A stretch of DNA of 63,821 nt, the filler included, from Hyphochytrium catenoides (Eukaryota > Protista > Hyphochytriomycota): the NCBI GenBank assembly GCA_900088475.1. It is 19 parts of 19 records of this genome, joined end to end, with 100 filler letters (N's around TTAATTAATTAA, not from the genome) between each part and the next. Parts side by side here need not be neighbours in the genome. Positions count along the whole stretch, not along the records: positions 1 to 8,399 come from FLMG01003794.1; positions 8,500 to 16,814 come from FLMG01002646.1; 17 more parts are not named here. One strand, written 5' to 3'. Both the position numbers and the translations under genes were made by a program. Numbering within the stretch: position 1 is the first letter of the stretch; each line of letters opens with the position of its first letter. Below, piece after piece: positions 1-12,214 of the stretch. The notes below the pieces were generated by a model that saw only the letters and a program-made list of their open reading frames with translations, made no database searches and was not told the DNA's origin.

Positions 1-842
1 GATCCTCCGTCCTTCTTCTCAGATTGATGACAGAGAGAGGGAGAGAGACAGGGAGACGCAGTCAAGCCTCTTCGCTTCTGCTGTCATGCAAGATTTCTCC
101 TCTTTCTTCCTCTTTCTCCTTCCTTCTTCTGTCAAATCGCTCGGAGCAAGCAGTACTGGTCGTGAGCCTCTTTCCTACCTGATGGGAAATCTCGGTATGG
201 GAGAGAGAGGAAACGGAGAAGAGAGAGAGAGAGAGAGAGAGATGATGATTATTGAATGGCAAGGTAAGCATTGAAGTTCTTTGTCCTTCCTCACTGCCGA
301 GAAGACAGTACGAGGAGTATGACAAGACTTCGGTGATGGGAGGGAGTGGAGGGAGAGCAACGAGAGAGAGAGAAAGAGAGAGAGAGGAAAGTGAATGAAA
401 CCATCGAGAGGGCACAGAGACGCTAGGGGCCATTGTGCTCACTCTCTTTGGCACTGAGAAACGTCTCTAGGGCCCTCTGTTGGCTGATGCAGCGAGAAGA
501 GAGAGAGAGAGAGAGCGAGACCAAACGGTGGCGTTTCTCTTCCTCACTTCCCTTTTCGTCTCGTTCTCACTCTCTCTTTTCTGCTTCTCCTCTCAATGAG
601 GATCCCCCGTCCGGTCATTTGTGAAGATGAGGATGCTCGTCTGGCTCGCATTACCGTCACCTGAAAGAGAGAGTGAGGGGAGAGAGAGAAAACGAGAAAA
701 GAGAGACAGAGAGGCATGATGGATTCTTGGCTTGATCTGTCACCACCTCAGTGATGATGCCTGAGCACGCGCTGGCCCTGCCCCGTACACAGAGGGTCAA
801 CTGCATGATAGTCTCGCGGACGAGAGGGAAACGAGGCGAGAG

Positions 843-873
<31 letters not shown>

Positions 874-1679
874 NNNNNNNNNNNNNNNNNNNNNNNNNNN
901 NNNNNNNNNNNNGAGAGAGACAAAACAGCGATCGGTAGAAGCCAGTCAGAAAAGCACCAAGAATGATGGAAATGTAAGTCGAGAGGTGTGGTGACATGAA
1001 AGGCTGGCTGTATGCTCATCTTTCGTTTTCTCTCTCCCGCTCTCTCTCTCTCTCTCTCCCTCACACCTTGCATCTCTCTTGTCTTGTCTCTTACTCCGTT
1101 ATCTTCCTGGCATCTGAGTGTTCTTTTTCGCTGGTTCACTTGTCTCTTTCTTCCCTATTCCGACATCTCTTTGCCACTCTGTCTCTTCCCGGTTCTAGAA
1201 CCGCTCAGGCACTCTGTCCTCTACCCCATTGCCTCTTCTATACCTGATCCTAAGCCGCTAAGATCCTAAAGGTGTAAAAACTACCAGTTTAATAACCTAA
1301 AGATCCGCCGAATTTGGGGGGCACCTCCTAAACCGTGCTTAACATACATCACAACAAATGGCTCAACAGCTTTATTTGAAATTATTGGACTAAACGCTAA
1401 ATCCCTTAGACCTCTGTGTTGATATTCAGCCACTCTGTCTCGTGGTAAGCAAGTAATAATAATGAGCGCAGCCATCTGCCTCTCCAGCTGGCTTATCTCG
1501 GTAGACTCTGTCTATGTCTCCCTGGTCTGCACAACGTGCCGCCCCTGTAGTACTGCAAGTAGCTTCACTCTACCTACTTTACTGTATCCATATAAGTACG
1601 TACCCCACACTGGTTTCTCTGTTCTGTTCCTATTCCGCTTACGTACAGTGTTTGCAGCCCTTGAAGGGCATTGGCTTTA

Positions 1680-3100
1680 AAGCAGTGACGTACTAAACCG
1701 TATTTTCTACTGGTCAGCCCAGCTAGGACCCTCGGGTCCTTGTGATGAGTTCACACTCAGTTCCTGCTGCCAACCTAATCCTATGCCGCATCAAGGGCCT
1801 AATAAAGACGTTCACCCCATTGGCCCACGCATGTGACCACCCCAATCCTAACCCTAACTTCCAAAAAGGGCAGCATAAAGGTAACGGGGGGAGGCCTCCT
1901 AGTTCATGGCTAGGGGACAAACTGCCTTCTGTCTTGTCTAGCACTCCTTTGAGGGGGAGTCTTTAGCCCATGGTGCAGGTGATACTCACCTGTAACATCT
2001 GCCGATGCCCATTCAAAGGTCACTGAAGAATTACCATTGCCTCTTCTAATAGTAATGGTCGCGTCACCGTCTGATAAATGAATGACATTGCGCTTTGGAT
2101 GGAATGTGGGCGGCCCATCCACCCCATAACTGCCTCAGTAGGCGGCCCCTCTTGAAGGATCCCATCCGTCCAGCGCGTCATTGGCTCGCAATAGGGAACA
2201 CTGTGTCTTAATATTTGGCCAGATCTTTGTAGATGATATACATAGCCTAGTCGAAAAGAAGACCTCTACAAGACAAAGAACGACTGTACGGGCTGATCGG
2301 AAGGCCCTTGTAGTTCTCAAAAACCTTATGAGGGCTTGGAGAGGTGAGCATAAAGCCCTCAAAGGCAACCAAAAAGGCAGCCTTGGCGATTGACCAGACT
2401 CTCATTGGCGACGATGTTGCCCTACTCTACCAAGTAGTTCTATGTATGCTGTACGATGAGAACAGGAGTAAGATAATGCCTACTCTCAGTCATGCCGAAT
2501 TTATCGCAAAGTCTACAAATTTAGTCAGGTCTATCCGTATATAAAAGATGGCATGAAGCTGGGCGACTGATCCCCAGGGTCACACGAAGCTGCTTGCTAA
2601 ACCACCTATTTTGGTGGCTAGGTCCGATATTAAAGTCTTAGGCCTCTTAACCAACGCATCCGTCCCACAGCCATCTGCTATCCACTGTTTGGCTACATAA
2701 AGCCGTCTTTGTGGGTACTCCGTGAACGCATTGTCTATATTTTGTACCTCTGAGAAATCTACTTGTAGGAATACAGAAGAGGAGCAATGACTTGAATATA
2801 TCTTTGTAACTTGGGAAAGGGCAAGTGTGGGCCTTGAAAGCACTCTGTCTAACCTGTATAAGGCAATCTTTCTCGATGCTTGTATGCCAGTATCGGAGGA
2901 GTAGTGCGTATCTCGAGGCCGTTCGCTCAGTGTGTCTCTCTCACTTGTGGGCGTTTTCTTTTCGGCCAAGGTAGGTTCTGTGCCCTTTAGTGCCTTTTTA
3001 CCCCTCTTCGCTCTGTTGTCCTTGTCGGTCAACCAGCGACACAGCAGAAGGGAGAGCAACAGGGCCATAATAAGGGTCTCCTCTCGGTTTGCAACCTCGC
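1680..3100 (-). mobile_element. Possible degraded tyrosine-recombinase (DIRS-like) relic
   Basis: Microsatellite-free, stop-riddled block. Minus-strand fragments occur in YR order: AKAAFLVAFEGFM (about 2390), TITIRRG (about 2050), LCCPF (about 1875), HRIRLAAGT (about 1780). Weak; spacing is imperfect. Confidence 0.3.
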
Positions 3101-5342
3101 ACAGCGTCCTCGCAGTGATATAGTATTAGTGAAGAAGTCAACGCTTACGTAACACTTATGAGGTGCTGCACTCCCAGGTAGAGACAGAGTTTACACTAGG
3201 TATATTATGTACTGCTAAAATGACGCTTGTAGAGGGAAACAGACTAAACAGGAGGTATATGGAGCAAACTGCGTCCGAGACAGAGTAGGGTTTAACATAT
3301 AGGATGGACATCGAGATGGAAGGGCCCCTTAAGATAAACCATTGGCCTTCCAGCCATCAACCGTCCCACCAGCGTCAGCCCGCACCTTCTGTCCATTGTC
3401 CAACTCTGTCTCACGGGGCCGGCCAGCCAGGCCGCTGAACTCTTCTGTCTGCTGTCGACCTGAGGTCAACATTGTTGTCGGCCATGGTCCGCCCTGTTCC
3501 TCTATAAAGAGACTATCCAGAGGTTGGCTGAAGTTTGACAGCTACTGCTGGGTGAGAAGCGGCAAGGAATGTGATGAGAGGTCGCCAGCCGCCCGACAAA
3601 CGTCACCATTCGAAGCCTGTTGAGGGCACACGCCTCACCATTGTGCTTGCCTCTTCTTTAGGCTTCTGCATGAAAAAAGTGCAAGTTGAAGAAAGAAAGA
3701 AGGGGAAGAACTTCATTCCGTGGCACGTCTATCTCGAAGCACTAGCTTTCATAGCCTCCCATTTTCCTCTTCTGTGCACTCTCTCTCCTCTCTCTTTTTC
3801 CCTCTTCAACCCGTTGTATTTCCCTCCTTTCTTGGTGTTCACTCTCTTCTTGTTGAACCTGGGTCGTCAGTCCGTCTCTCTACTAGAGGGCTCGCACCCG
3901 TCGCTCTCTGCCAGCTGGTAGATCCTTGTGGCGACGAGGAGCACAGAAAGGGTTGGAACAGCGATGGCGCTCGCTAATGATAAAAGAAAGACCAATGGCT
4001 CTCGTCATCTGTCACACAGTCGTTGATGCTGCAACAGAGAGGAAAGGGGAAGAGAGAACCCTGGGAGAGAGAGAGAGACAGGGGCGAGAAGAGCACAGCT
4101 AGCACAGGAAAGAAAGAGTAATAATTGCTCTACTGCTGGTCAGTTCTTCGTAACATATCATAGAGCTGCCCCAAAGACTGGCATGATGCGTCAGTGGTTC
4201 GGCTGGTGCAGCATCAGCCTAGCTCACTTGGACTGACATCACCACGCCGGACATGCTTTCCTTTCCCTGCCTGAGCGAGTTAGCCGCGAGACAGCTAAAC
4301 AGCTTTTGACCCTGCAAAGCAGCCAAGGAGAGGCCCCGCCGCCGAAGAAGAGAGAGCGTTATTGTCTCTCCATCTCTGGATAAACGGCAACCCAGTCTTC
4401 TTCTCTTCTTTCTCTTGGTCGTCTTCTTTACTCGTTCGTTTCTTCGTACAGCTCGGCGATGGTGGAACTCATTGATCGCCTTGGCCGAGCATCATTTTAG
4501 GCTTTGCTTTCCCTGTTTACACAGGAGAATGGACGTCGGAGGACAGGAAATCTGAAGATGACGACAGGCTGCTGCGGAGCTTTATTTATCATCATCAGCT
4601 GAATGGTCGTTAGCGAAGAGCCGAGGTTGAGAGGGCGATGAGAAGGCAAAAGAGGCTGTAGGCAGAGCAGAAGGGGGAAGAGAGAGAGAGAGAGAGAGAG
4701 ACAGCGAGACGGAGAAAGAGAGAAGAGAACGAGGAGAAGCGAGAGGCGAGCGGAGGCTGATATAAATTTGGTAGGAAACGACGAGAGAGAAAGAGAAGAG
4801 GAGGGGCAACTAGCAAAGAGGAGAGGAAAGAAAGGGAGCGACCCGATCAAGCCTCCCACGACTCTTTGTCTCTCTATAAATAATCTTTAAGAATGCGTCT
4901 CGTGCTCGACGCTACTCCTCCCCAAAAAACTCGCCCCTCTCTTTTCTCTCTCCTCTCTCTCTGTCCCCTATCTATCTATCTATCTATTGATGAGATGGCA
5001 GAGTTGGTTGAAAGCTCGTTGTAACATTTCCTTCTTTTCATCGAAGTGTTTCCATCAAGCCAAAGGTCACGTCCGTTATCAGGAGCGGTAGTCCACACTT
5101 GGTACTCTTGATCACATTCTTTTGCATGCTTAGCTGATAGTAGTAGTCTAGATCTTGCATGTTCTACATAGCGATGGGATGTGCGACTGCCCGCGCTCAC
5201 CGCGCGCTAAGCCTAATCTCACTTCACATTTTCCAGACGATCTGCACATTATTGCGCTACTAGAGTGTTCTTTCCAAGGCTTCCTCTGTGCCTACCAGTA
5301 GCGTACGAGAGAGACGAGTCTCAGGAAGCATTTCGAGATGCT

Positions 5343-6455
5343 CTAAACGCTACACTCGTATCCCCTGCGAAGGCTGTTCCAGAGAAAGGATGGATCTGTC
5401 TGTGCCTGAAGAAACTCGTGGCTGACTAGAAATGAGTGCAAGACTTCATTCCATGCCCTGGACGACGCCTGCTTTAATCCGTAGAGACTCCTTTTTTTCC
5501 AGTCTGCACACCAAATGTTCTTGACCAGGGATTGCAAAAGCAGGCGGTTGACGCATGTAGATCTCTTCCACAATCTTGCCGTTGAGAAACGCCGTTTGAA
5601 CGTCATAGTGTACCACCTCAAGGTCGCAGCGAGCGAGAGCAGTAACCGTATGGTGGCGTGCTTTGCGACTGGAGAGAAAGTTTCTCCATAGTCGACTCCT
5701 GCTTCTTGTTGGGTGAACCCTTGTGCTACAAGGCGGCACTTGCATTGCTATTGGCTCAAAATGGGTTTTCAAGGTAAGAGAAACGAAGATGGTTCCATAG
5801 CCCAAGTGCAAGTGCCGCCTTGTAGCACAAGGGTTCACCCAACAAGAAGCAGGAGTCGACTATGAAGAAACTTTCTCTCCAGTCGCAAAGCACGCCACCA
5901 TACGGTTACTGCTCTCGCTCGCTGCGAAGAAGGACCTTGAGTTGGTACACTATGACGTTCAAACGGCGTTTCTCAATGGCAAGATTGTGGAAGAGATCTA
6001 CCTGCGTCAACCGCCTGGTTTTGCAATCCCTGGTCAAGAACATTTAGAGCAGCGCACAGATGTTCATCAGAGCCATTGAGAGCTTCAGCTATGGAGGAAG
6101 GTTCGGTAGTGACTGGCAGAGAGTCTGTAGAATCTGTAAGATTAGCAGCTTCTTCCGAGGAGCTCTTCGCCTTATAGGAGCCTGGATAAGCTTCCCAGTA
6201 AGGTCGGGTTGGCTTTGTTTCACGGCGTGAGCGCCTGAGGCTTGGAGCGAGACAGAAGAAGAGGCAGCAGAAGTGTGGTCCTGATCTGGTTGACCTTTCA
6301 CTGGCCCCTTCAGCATCAGAATTCCCCTTCTGAAGGGAGATCAGAGAGGAAAACTGCTGGCGTCTGAAGAACCAGAATCGAGAACTTCAACAGTGGCTGA
6401 GAAGCGAACCTGAGCCTGTTCCGTAGGAGGGCAAGTGGCGGCGGGTTTGTAGATT
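5343..6455 (-). mobile_element. Rearranged Ty1/copia pol fragment (integrase-RT linker plus RVT_2), frameshifted
   Basis: Minus strand: LRRSRRETKP...EPSSIAEALNGSDEHL (6240-6050), then RT HYDVQTAFLNGKIVEEIYMRQP...SLYGLKQA (5744-5343). Plus strand 5750-6045: IGSKWVFK...CRLVAQGFTQ..GVDYEETFSPVAK...DVQTAFLNG. Confidence 0.93.
5513..6045. repeat. About 235-bp inverted repeat (5513-5744 / 5807-6045) made of copia RT sequence
   Basis: Arms are reverse complements with a few substitutions and a small indel; 62-bp spacer. Confidence 0.95.
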
Positions 6456-6606
6456 AGCAGAATGAAGAAGAGCTTCCAACCAACTCTGCCATCTCATCAT
6501 CTAACTCTATCTTCTCTCTCTCTCTCTCTTTCTCCGTCTCTCTCTTTCTCTCCTCCCTCTCTCCCTCCTCTCCCCTTTCCTCTTTCTCTCCTCTCTCTCC
6601 TTTTTT

Positions 6607-6643
<37 letters not shown>

Positions 6644-6944
6644 GTCTCTCTCTCATTCCTATTTCTTTGCCTTTTCCTCTGGCTGTCGCTCTCGGTCTCT
6701 TCTATCAGTATTCTTCCCCTCCTTACACTTAATCCCACATTTTCTTGCGCCCTAGCCTCGCTCTTCTCTTCTCTTCGATCTATCTCTTTCCTTGCCTAGG
6801 ACTTCCACGGTGTACCATCGACAAGCTCACCTCCTCGTCCTACTCCTGTGCAACCACCAGTGGTGAACTCACCTCCTCTTTCTCTCTTTGATGGAATCGT
6901 CGGTGCCGCCAAGTACAGCGAGTGGCGAGGAGGATGGAGACGAC

Positions 6945-6980
<36 letters not shown>

Positions 6981-7335
6981 AAGAGAGAAAGAGAGAAGAG
7001 AGAAAGACAAGAGAAGAGAAAGAATGAGAGAGAGAGAGGGGGGCAAAGCCAAGTGAACTGTAGAGACAGAGGTGATGTCCGCTACCTTTGGAGAGGCGGC
7101 ATATCTTTAGGAGATATTGTTTAAAGGATATATGTAGTGCCGTCTCAAATGGCTGAATATTAGGTAGAGAGGGGATGGACATCAGAATCCGATGACATTG
7201 GCGAGACAGAGTTGGAGCCGCAAGGGTGTTGTGAGTCAAGCCAGAAAGAAGAGANNNNNNNNNNNNNNNNNNNNNNNNNNNNNNNNNNNNNNNNNNNNNN
7301 NNNNNNNNNNNNNNNNNNNAAAGAGAGAGAGAGAA

Positions 7336-7390
<55 letters not shown>

Positions 7391-7671
7391 GAAAGAGAGA
7401 AAGAGAGAGAGTGAGGGAGGGAGAGAGAAAGAAGGTTTGGGGGGAGAGGAGCGTGGCATTGATGCGTGCAAAGCAATTTGGGGCCATCGCGGCAGCTCAG
7501 CTTGCCAAGCTCATCGTTGATGACGGGCAGGGAAGAGCTGGAGAAAGGAGGTCTCGTACAACCACAATCGCAGCAAAAGAGAGGCACGTGAGAGAGAGAA
7601 AGAGAGAAAAGGGAGAGAGAAGAGGGACCGAGACCAATCTGTGTCTCTCCTCCGCTACGGCTCCGGTTCCA

Positions 7672-7898
7672 ATGTCCTTCAAAGTGGTTTATATCCCGTG
7701 TGACGGCTCTCAGCCGCTGGCGGAGTGGGACATTCCGATCCCTGAGGGAGAGGAAGACCGCTGCCTCACTGACAGACTGAAGAGACACTTCAACCAAGAC
7801 AACGCCACGCTAGACAAAGAGAAGTATAAGCAGCAAGTAGTCAGCCAGGTAGGAAGAGAGAGAGAGAGAGATGAAATGAGAGGAAGAGAGAGAGGAAG

Positions 7899-7972
<74 letters not shown>

Positions 7973-8289
7973 GAAAAGAAAGGGACAGAACTGTGTAAAA
8001 GAGGATGAAAAAGCGAAACAGGGCCGTTCCGGAGAGGCGAAAGGGAGAGACAGGGAAAGAGAGAGTGGAGAGAGGGAAACACTCGCAGAGAGAAGGGGCA
8101 GAGCAGAGATTAAGGACCAGCCGGAAAGCAGCAATTGGACATTGTCACGATCTCTCTCTGTGTGTCTCTCTCTCTCTCTTTACTTCTCTCACCTCTAGTC
8201 GCGCTCCTTCGTTCTTCCTTCTCTCATACCCTATCTTCTTCTATCTCGGACTCTCTCTCTCTCTGCGTCTCCCCATCCCTCTCTATTGA

Positions 8290-8322
<33 letters not shown>

Positions 8323-8399
8323 TGTGTGTCTCTCTCTCTCTCTTTCCCTCTCTGTCTCTCTCTTTCTCTCTCTCTCCCAGCTCCCTCAGGGCACGACCC
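7672..8399 (+). CDS. Hypothetical protein, 5' part (exons 7672-7848, 8381->8399)
   Basis: MSFKVVYIPCDGSQPLAEWDIPIPEGEEDRCLTDRLKRHF...SQ is non-repetitive and protein-like. Donor CAG|GTAGG, acceptor CCCAG, phase 0 into LPQGTT. Confidence 0.7.
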
Positions 8400-9057
8400 N
8401 NNNNNNNNNNNNNNNNNNNNNNNNNNNNNNNNNNNNNNNNNNNTTAATTAATTAANNNNNNNNNNNNNNNNNNNNNNNNNNNNNNNNNNNNNNNNNNNNC
8501 TCTCTCTCTCTTCTCCGACATCTATTCTTTATTTTCCCTAATCCTCTTAAGTTCTTTCCTCCTTTTTCTAGTCACCCGTCATGTTCTCTTTAGCTGTTCC
8601 TTTGTTCCCTGTGCTAACTTAGACCTCTTTGTCTCTCTCCCTCTCTCTCTCTCCTTCTCTCCTTTCTATACTCTATATGCGGTATCATTGGCGCGTGTCT
8701 CTGTCTCTTGTCTCCCTTACCATAGAGTTTCCCAGCCCCACGGGGGTCGCGGATGCCTTCGAGCTAGAAGCGTCGACAATAGATGGATCCTAAAAATTGA
8801 GGCCAGAGACGAGAGCGACAAGAGATGATTTGGAGGAAGAGNNNNNNNNNNNNNNNNNNNNNNNNNNNNNNNNNNNNNNNNNAGAGAGAGAGAGAGAGAG
8901 AGAATTAGCCTCAAACAAAAGGGATGGGCAGACAGAGTAAGAAAGGAATAGAGCGAAGAGATCAGAGAACTTTCGTTATACAGAGAACAGAGGAGCGTTG
9001 ACAAGAGAGACGAGCGGGATAGAGTCCAAAGCGAGAGAGAGAAAATAGAGAGAAACA

Positions 9058-9088
<31 letters not shown>

Positions 9089-10170
9089 AGGGAGACATAG
9101 AGAGAGAGACTGAGGCAAAACAAGCCATGAGATAGATGGCCAAAGTTGGCGATGGACACCAACGACGTACTGAGAAGGGATCGTTCGTCATCATCTTTCC
9201 CCTGGATGCCAATGACAAAGCTCTCTTTCTCTCTTTCTGTTTGTCTCTTCCGCGTCCGTAAGAGTCTTCGTCTCGTTCTGTGCCTGCTTTCAGAGTCTCT
9301 CTTCTCTCCTTTTGCCACTCGCAAGCAGATGATGCACAAGCTCCAGACACAGCAGCACAGGGTACAGACTCCAAAAATGCAACAACGGCCTCTCTCTCCG
9401 TTTTCTCTCTCTCTTTTTGCTTTTTCTCTCTCTCTTTTTGCTTTTTCTCTCTCTCTCTCTCTCTNNNNNNNNNNNNNNNNNNNNNNNNNNNNNNNNNNNN
9501 NTCTCTCTCTCTCTCTCTCTCTTTTTTCCCTTCCTCTCTCTCTCTCTTTCTCTTTCTCACTGGACAGTCTGTTCTGTTTACTTCTTCCCTCTTTGTCTCT
9601 CTCTTTCTTGTCGTCTCTCTCTCTGTCTGACCTGTTTCCTTTCTCTCTCTCTCTGTCTCTAACCCAAAGCCCTCTCATCTCTTCTTGTCTTCATACGGTA
9701 TTTTCTCCCTGCCTCCCCTCTCTCTCCTTCACTCTGTCTCTCTTCCACTCTGTCTCTCTTCCACTCTGACTCTCTTAAACTCTGTCTCTCTTAAACTCTG
9801 TCTCTATCTCTCTTTCTACAGTGCTTCTACCTTCCCATCACTCTTCTTTCCTCTTGATATTGATTCCGAATAAGGAGCTGTTCGGCAAACATATGACCCC
9901 ATCACCTTCTCTGTCAGTCCACTTTGTAAACTGGATCCGCACCTCTGTGTTGTTGTTGTGCTGTGAAGCTCTTATTCTGTATTATTCATTCTGATTCGGG
10001 ATTTTGACTACTTTTCGAGTGGCCCATCCATCCTCGGAGGCAAGCAGGAGCGAGACAGAGAGGGAGAGACAGGAGAAGTTGCGAAACAGAGTGAGAAGAG
10101 AGAGACAAGGCGACAATGGAGAGGGACTAAGGCTGCTGTTATACTGCTTGGGAGAAAGAGAGAGAGACAC

Positions 10171-10201
<31 letters not shown>

Positions 10202-10836
10202 GAGAGAGAGAAAGAAGGGTAATAAACAGAAAAGGTAGAGGGAGACAGAAAGCGACGATGAGGAGAGAGGAAGAGTAAAAAGACGATGGGGAAGAGAGCG
10301 AAAGAGAAAGACAAGAGAATGGGGAGAGAGAAGAGAGACGGAGGAAGGAAGGAGCTTGGAAAGAGAGAGAGAGAGAGAGAGAGAGAAGAGAGAGCCCCAT
10401 CATCATCATCTCACAATGTGGCTCCTGCCCTATCTTGGCGCGTCCGTCACAGCAGCAGCGCCAACAGCGCTAACAAGCCGCAAGGAAATGGTGTTTCCTT
10501 GCGTTGTTTGTCCTGAGCTGCTGGCGTCTCAGGGAACAGCCAGCAGCAGGACCAGCAGTGCGGCTAGGCTGGTATTATAGATAGAGAATGACTGACACTC
10601 TCTCTCTCTCTCTCTTTCTGTCTCTCTCTTTCTCTTCTCTTCCTGCCTCGCAATGATCTACGAGCGCGGCCGCGTCCATCGCCGCCTTCCTTCCGCCAGA
10701 CGAAACTCTCAGCTGATGTTAGATGACGATAACAATAATATAAGACGGTGATAGGACCTCAAGCAGAAGATGATGATGGTTGTTGACGGTAAAGCTGCTC
10801 AGGAAAGAGACGACAGGACAGTCTCTCCGTCCTCGA

Positions 10837-11413
10837 TCATTTCATTTGCTTGATGTCTCGGATCTTCCTGATGAAGCGTCCGTCCCTTGGCTAACAACAT
10901 GATCAGACAAAGGAGAAGAGAAGAGGAAGCAACAGCTGAGTAGAGGCTCCTTCGAAGAAGGGAAGAAAAGGAAAGAGGGAGAAAGAAGCTGATGACCAAG
11001 ACGAGAGGACATAAACCTCCGGAAAGAAAGAGGAAGAAAGGGGAAATGGAGACCAGGAGAGAAATGAGAGGACAAGGCCTGGTGGCCGAGTGCAGTACGT
11101 GGTGAGCTTGCCTGGTAAAGCTTCAGGTCTTCTAAGATGTTGAGGGAGCACCAAGGCAAGGCCTCGCCCTCCGAGAGGGTGAAGCCCACAAGCAGCAGCA
11201 GCAGAAAGTGAGAGAAGCCAGCGGCAAGATGGCCTGGTGACGTCTTCATTACTTTGAGTCCTCCTTCTTCTAGATCCTTTCTTCCTTCTGTCTCGTCCAT
11301 TGAGTCTCTTCGACCTGAGTCTCCCCTGTCCTCCAGGGTTGGTAGGTAAGTCTTTAGAAGAGCAGAAAGACGAGGAAAGTAGTCTTCAGAAGCTCCTCCT
11401 TCGCCCTTTCTCC
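10837..11413 (-). CDS. Possible 3' exons of a hypothetical protein (about 11413-11112, 10890-10837)
   Basis: Open protein-like frame ending LEDLKLYQ, a CAG|GCAAG donor, a pyrimidine-rich spacer, then PRDGRFIRKIRDIKQMK*. No recognisable domain. Confidence 0.3.
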
Positions 11414-12214
11414 TAGCAAAGAAGAGAGAGAGAAGAGATTCTTCTCTTTTCGTCTGTCACATCATCCATCAATGGCCAAGGCGTCTCTCTTCCTCCTTCT
11501 TCTCCGCGTCTTTGACAATGGCCCCCTCTTGGACCCGCTTCCACTCCTCCAGCATCCACGACAACCTTTCTCTTTTCAATGATGGGGAAGGGATGGAAGA
11601 GCCTACGGATCCTCCGCTCACTCTCCCATTTTGAAAGCAAACTGGGCGGCCCCATAGTCTGTCCTCTTACTCTAAGCTGCACCTTGAACTCTTTCTTTCT
11701 CTCAAAGATGTCCTCATCATTATCGTTTGCTACTAAGAGATTAAACTTTAAGAGACGAAAGAGAGAAGAACCTCTCGCTCTGGAGCACTGGACAAAGGAC
11801 AGAGACCGTGGGAGAGTGTTGCTCTTAGAAATGATGAGAGAAAGATAGATTCTATGAGAGAGAGAGGAAGAGAATGGAGGCCGAGAGAACAACATGGACA
11901 AGAAGCAATGAGAAATGTGGCCTCCCAGAAGAAAGAAGAAAAGGAGAGACTTGACGAAGGAAGAATATTCAAAGAAAAACGAGAAAGCGAGAGGGAGAGG
12001 AACGGAAAGAGAGGAACAGAGAGGGAGATATGTGTTGGAAGACCCAACACATATCTTCGTTAAGAGAGATAGAGATCGCATGGCAGCCCTTTGCCCATTG
12101 CACAAGGGAGAAAGAGAGGGTACAAAGCTAGAAGAGCAACCTTGTCGTTCGTAGGAGAGAAGAAAAGAGAGAGCCTGGCAGCGCCTTGGGTTCGCTTTGG
12201 TGCGCGGCTGCTCC

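Larger units (their letters stand above)
4988..6499. repeat. 30-bp inverted repeat pair (4988-5017 / 6470-6499)
   Basis: tgatgagatggcagagttggttgaaagctc matches the reverse complement of gagcttccaaccaactctgccatctcatca at 29/30 positions. Confidence 0.9.

Noticed and set aside
1841-1860. Telomere-like CCTAACCCTAAC
   Set aside because: Only about two units, and internal.
4010-4155. Solo-LTR-like TGTCAC...GTAACA segment (similar LTR-like look at 62330-62507)
   Set aside because: No matching target-site duplication and no second copy in the window.
8444-8455. Recurrent TTAATTAATTAA palindrome with spacer-like intervals
   Set aside because: Always centred in 44+44 Ns. It is an assembly linker, not a CRISPR repeat or a biological motif.
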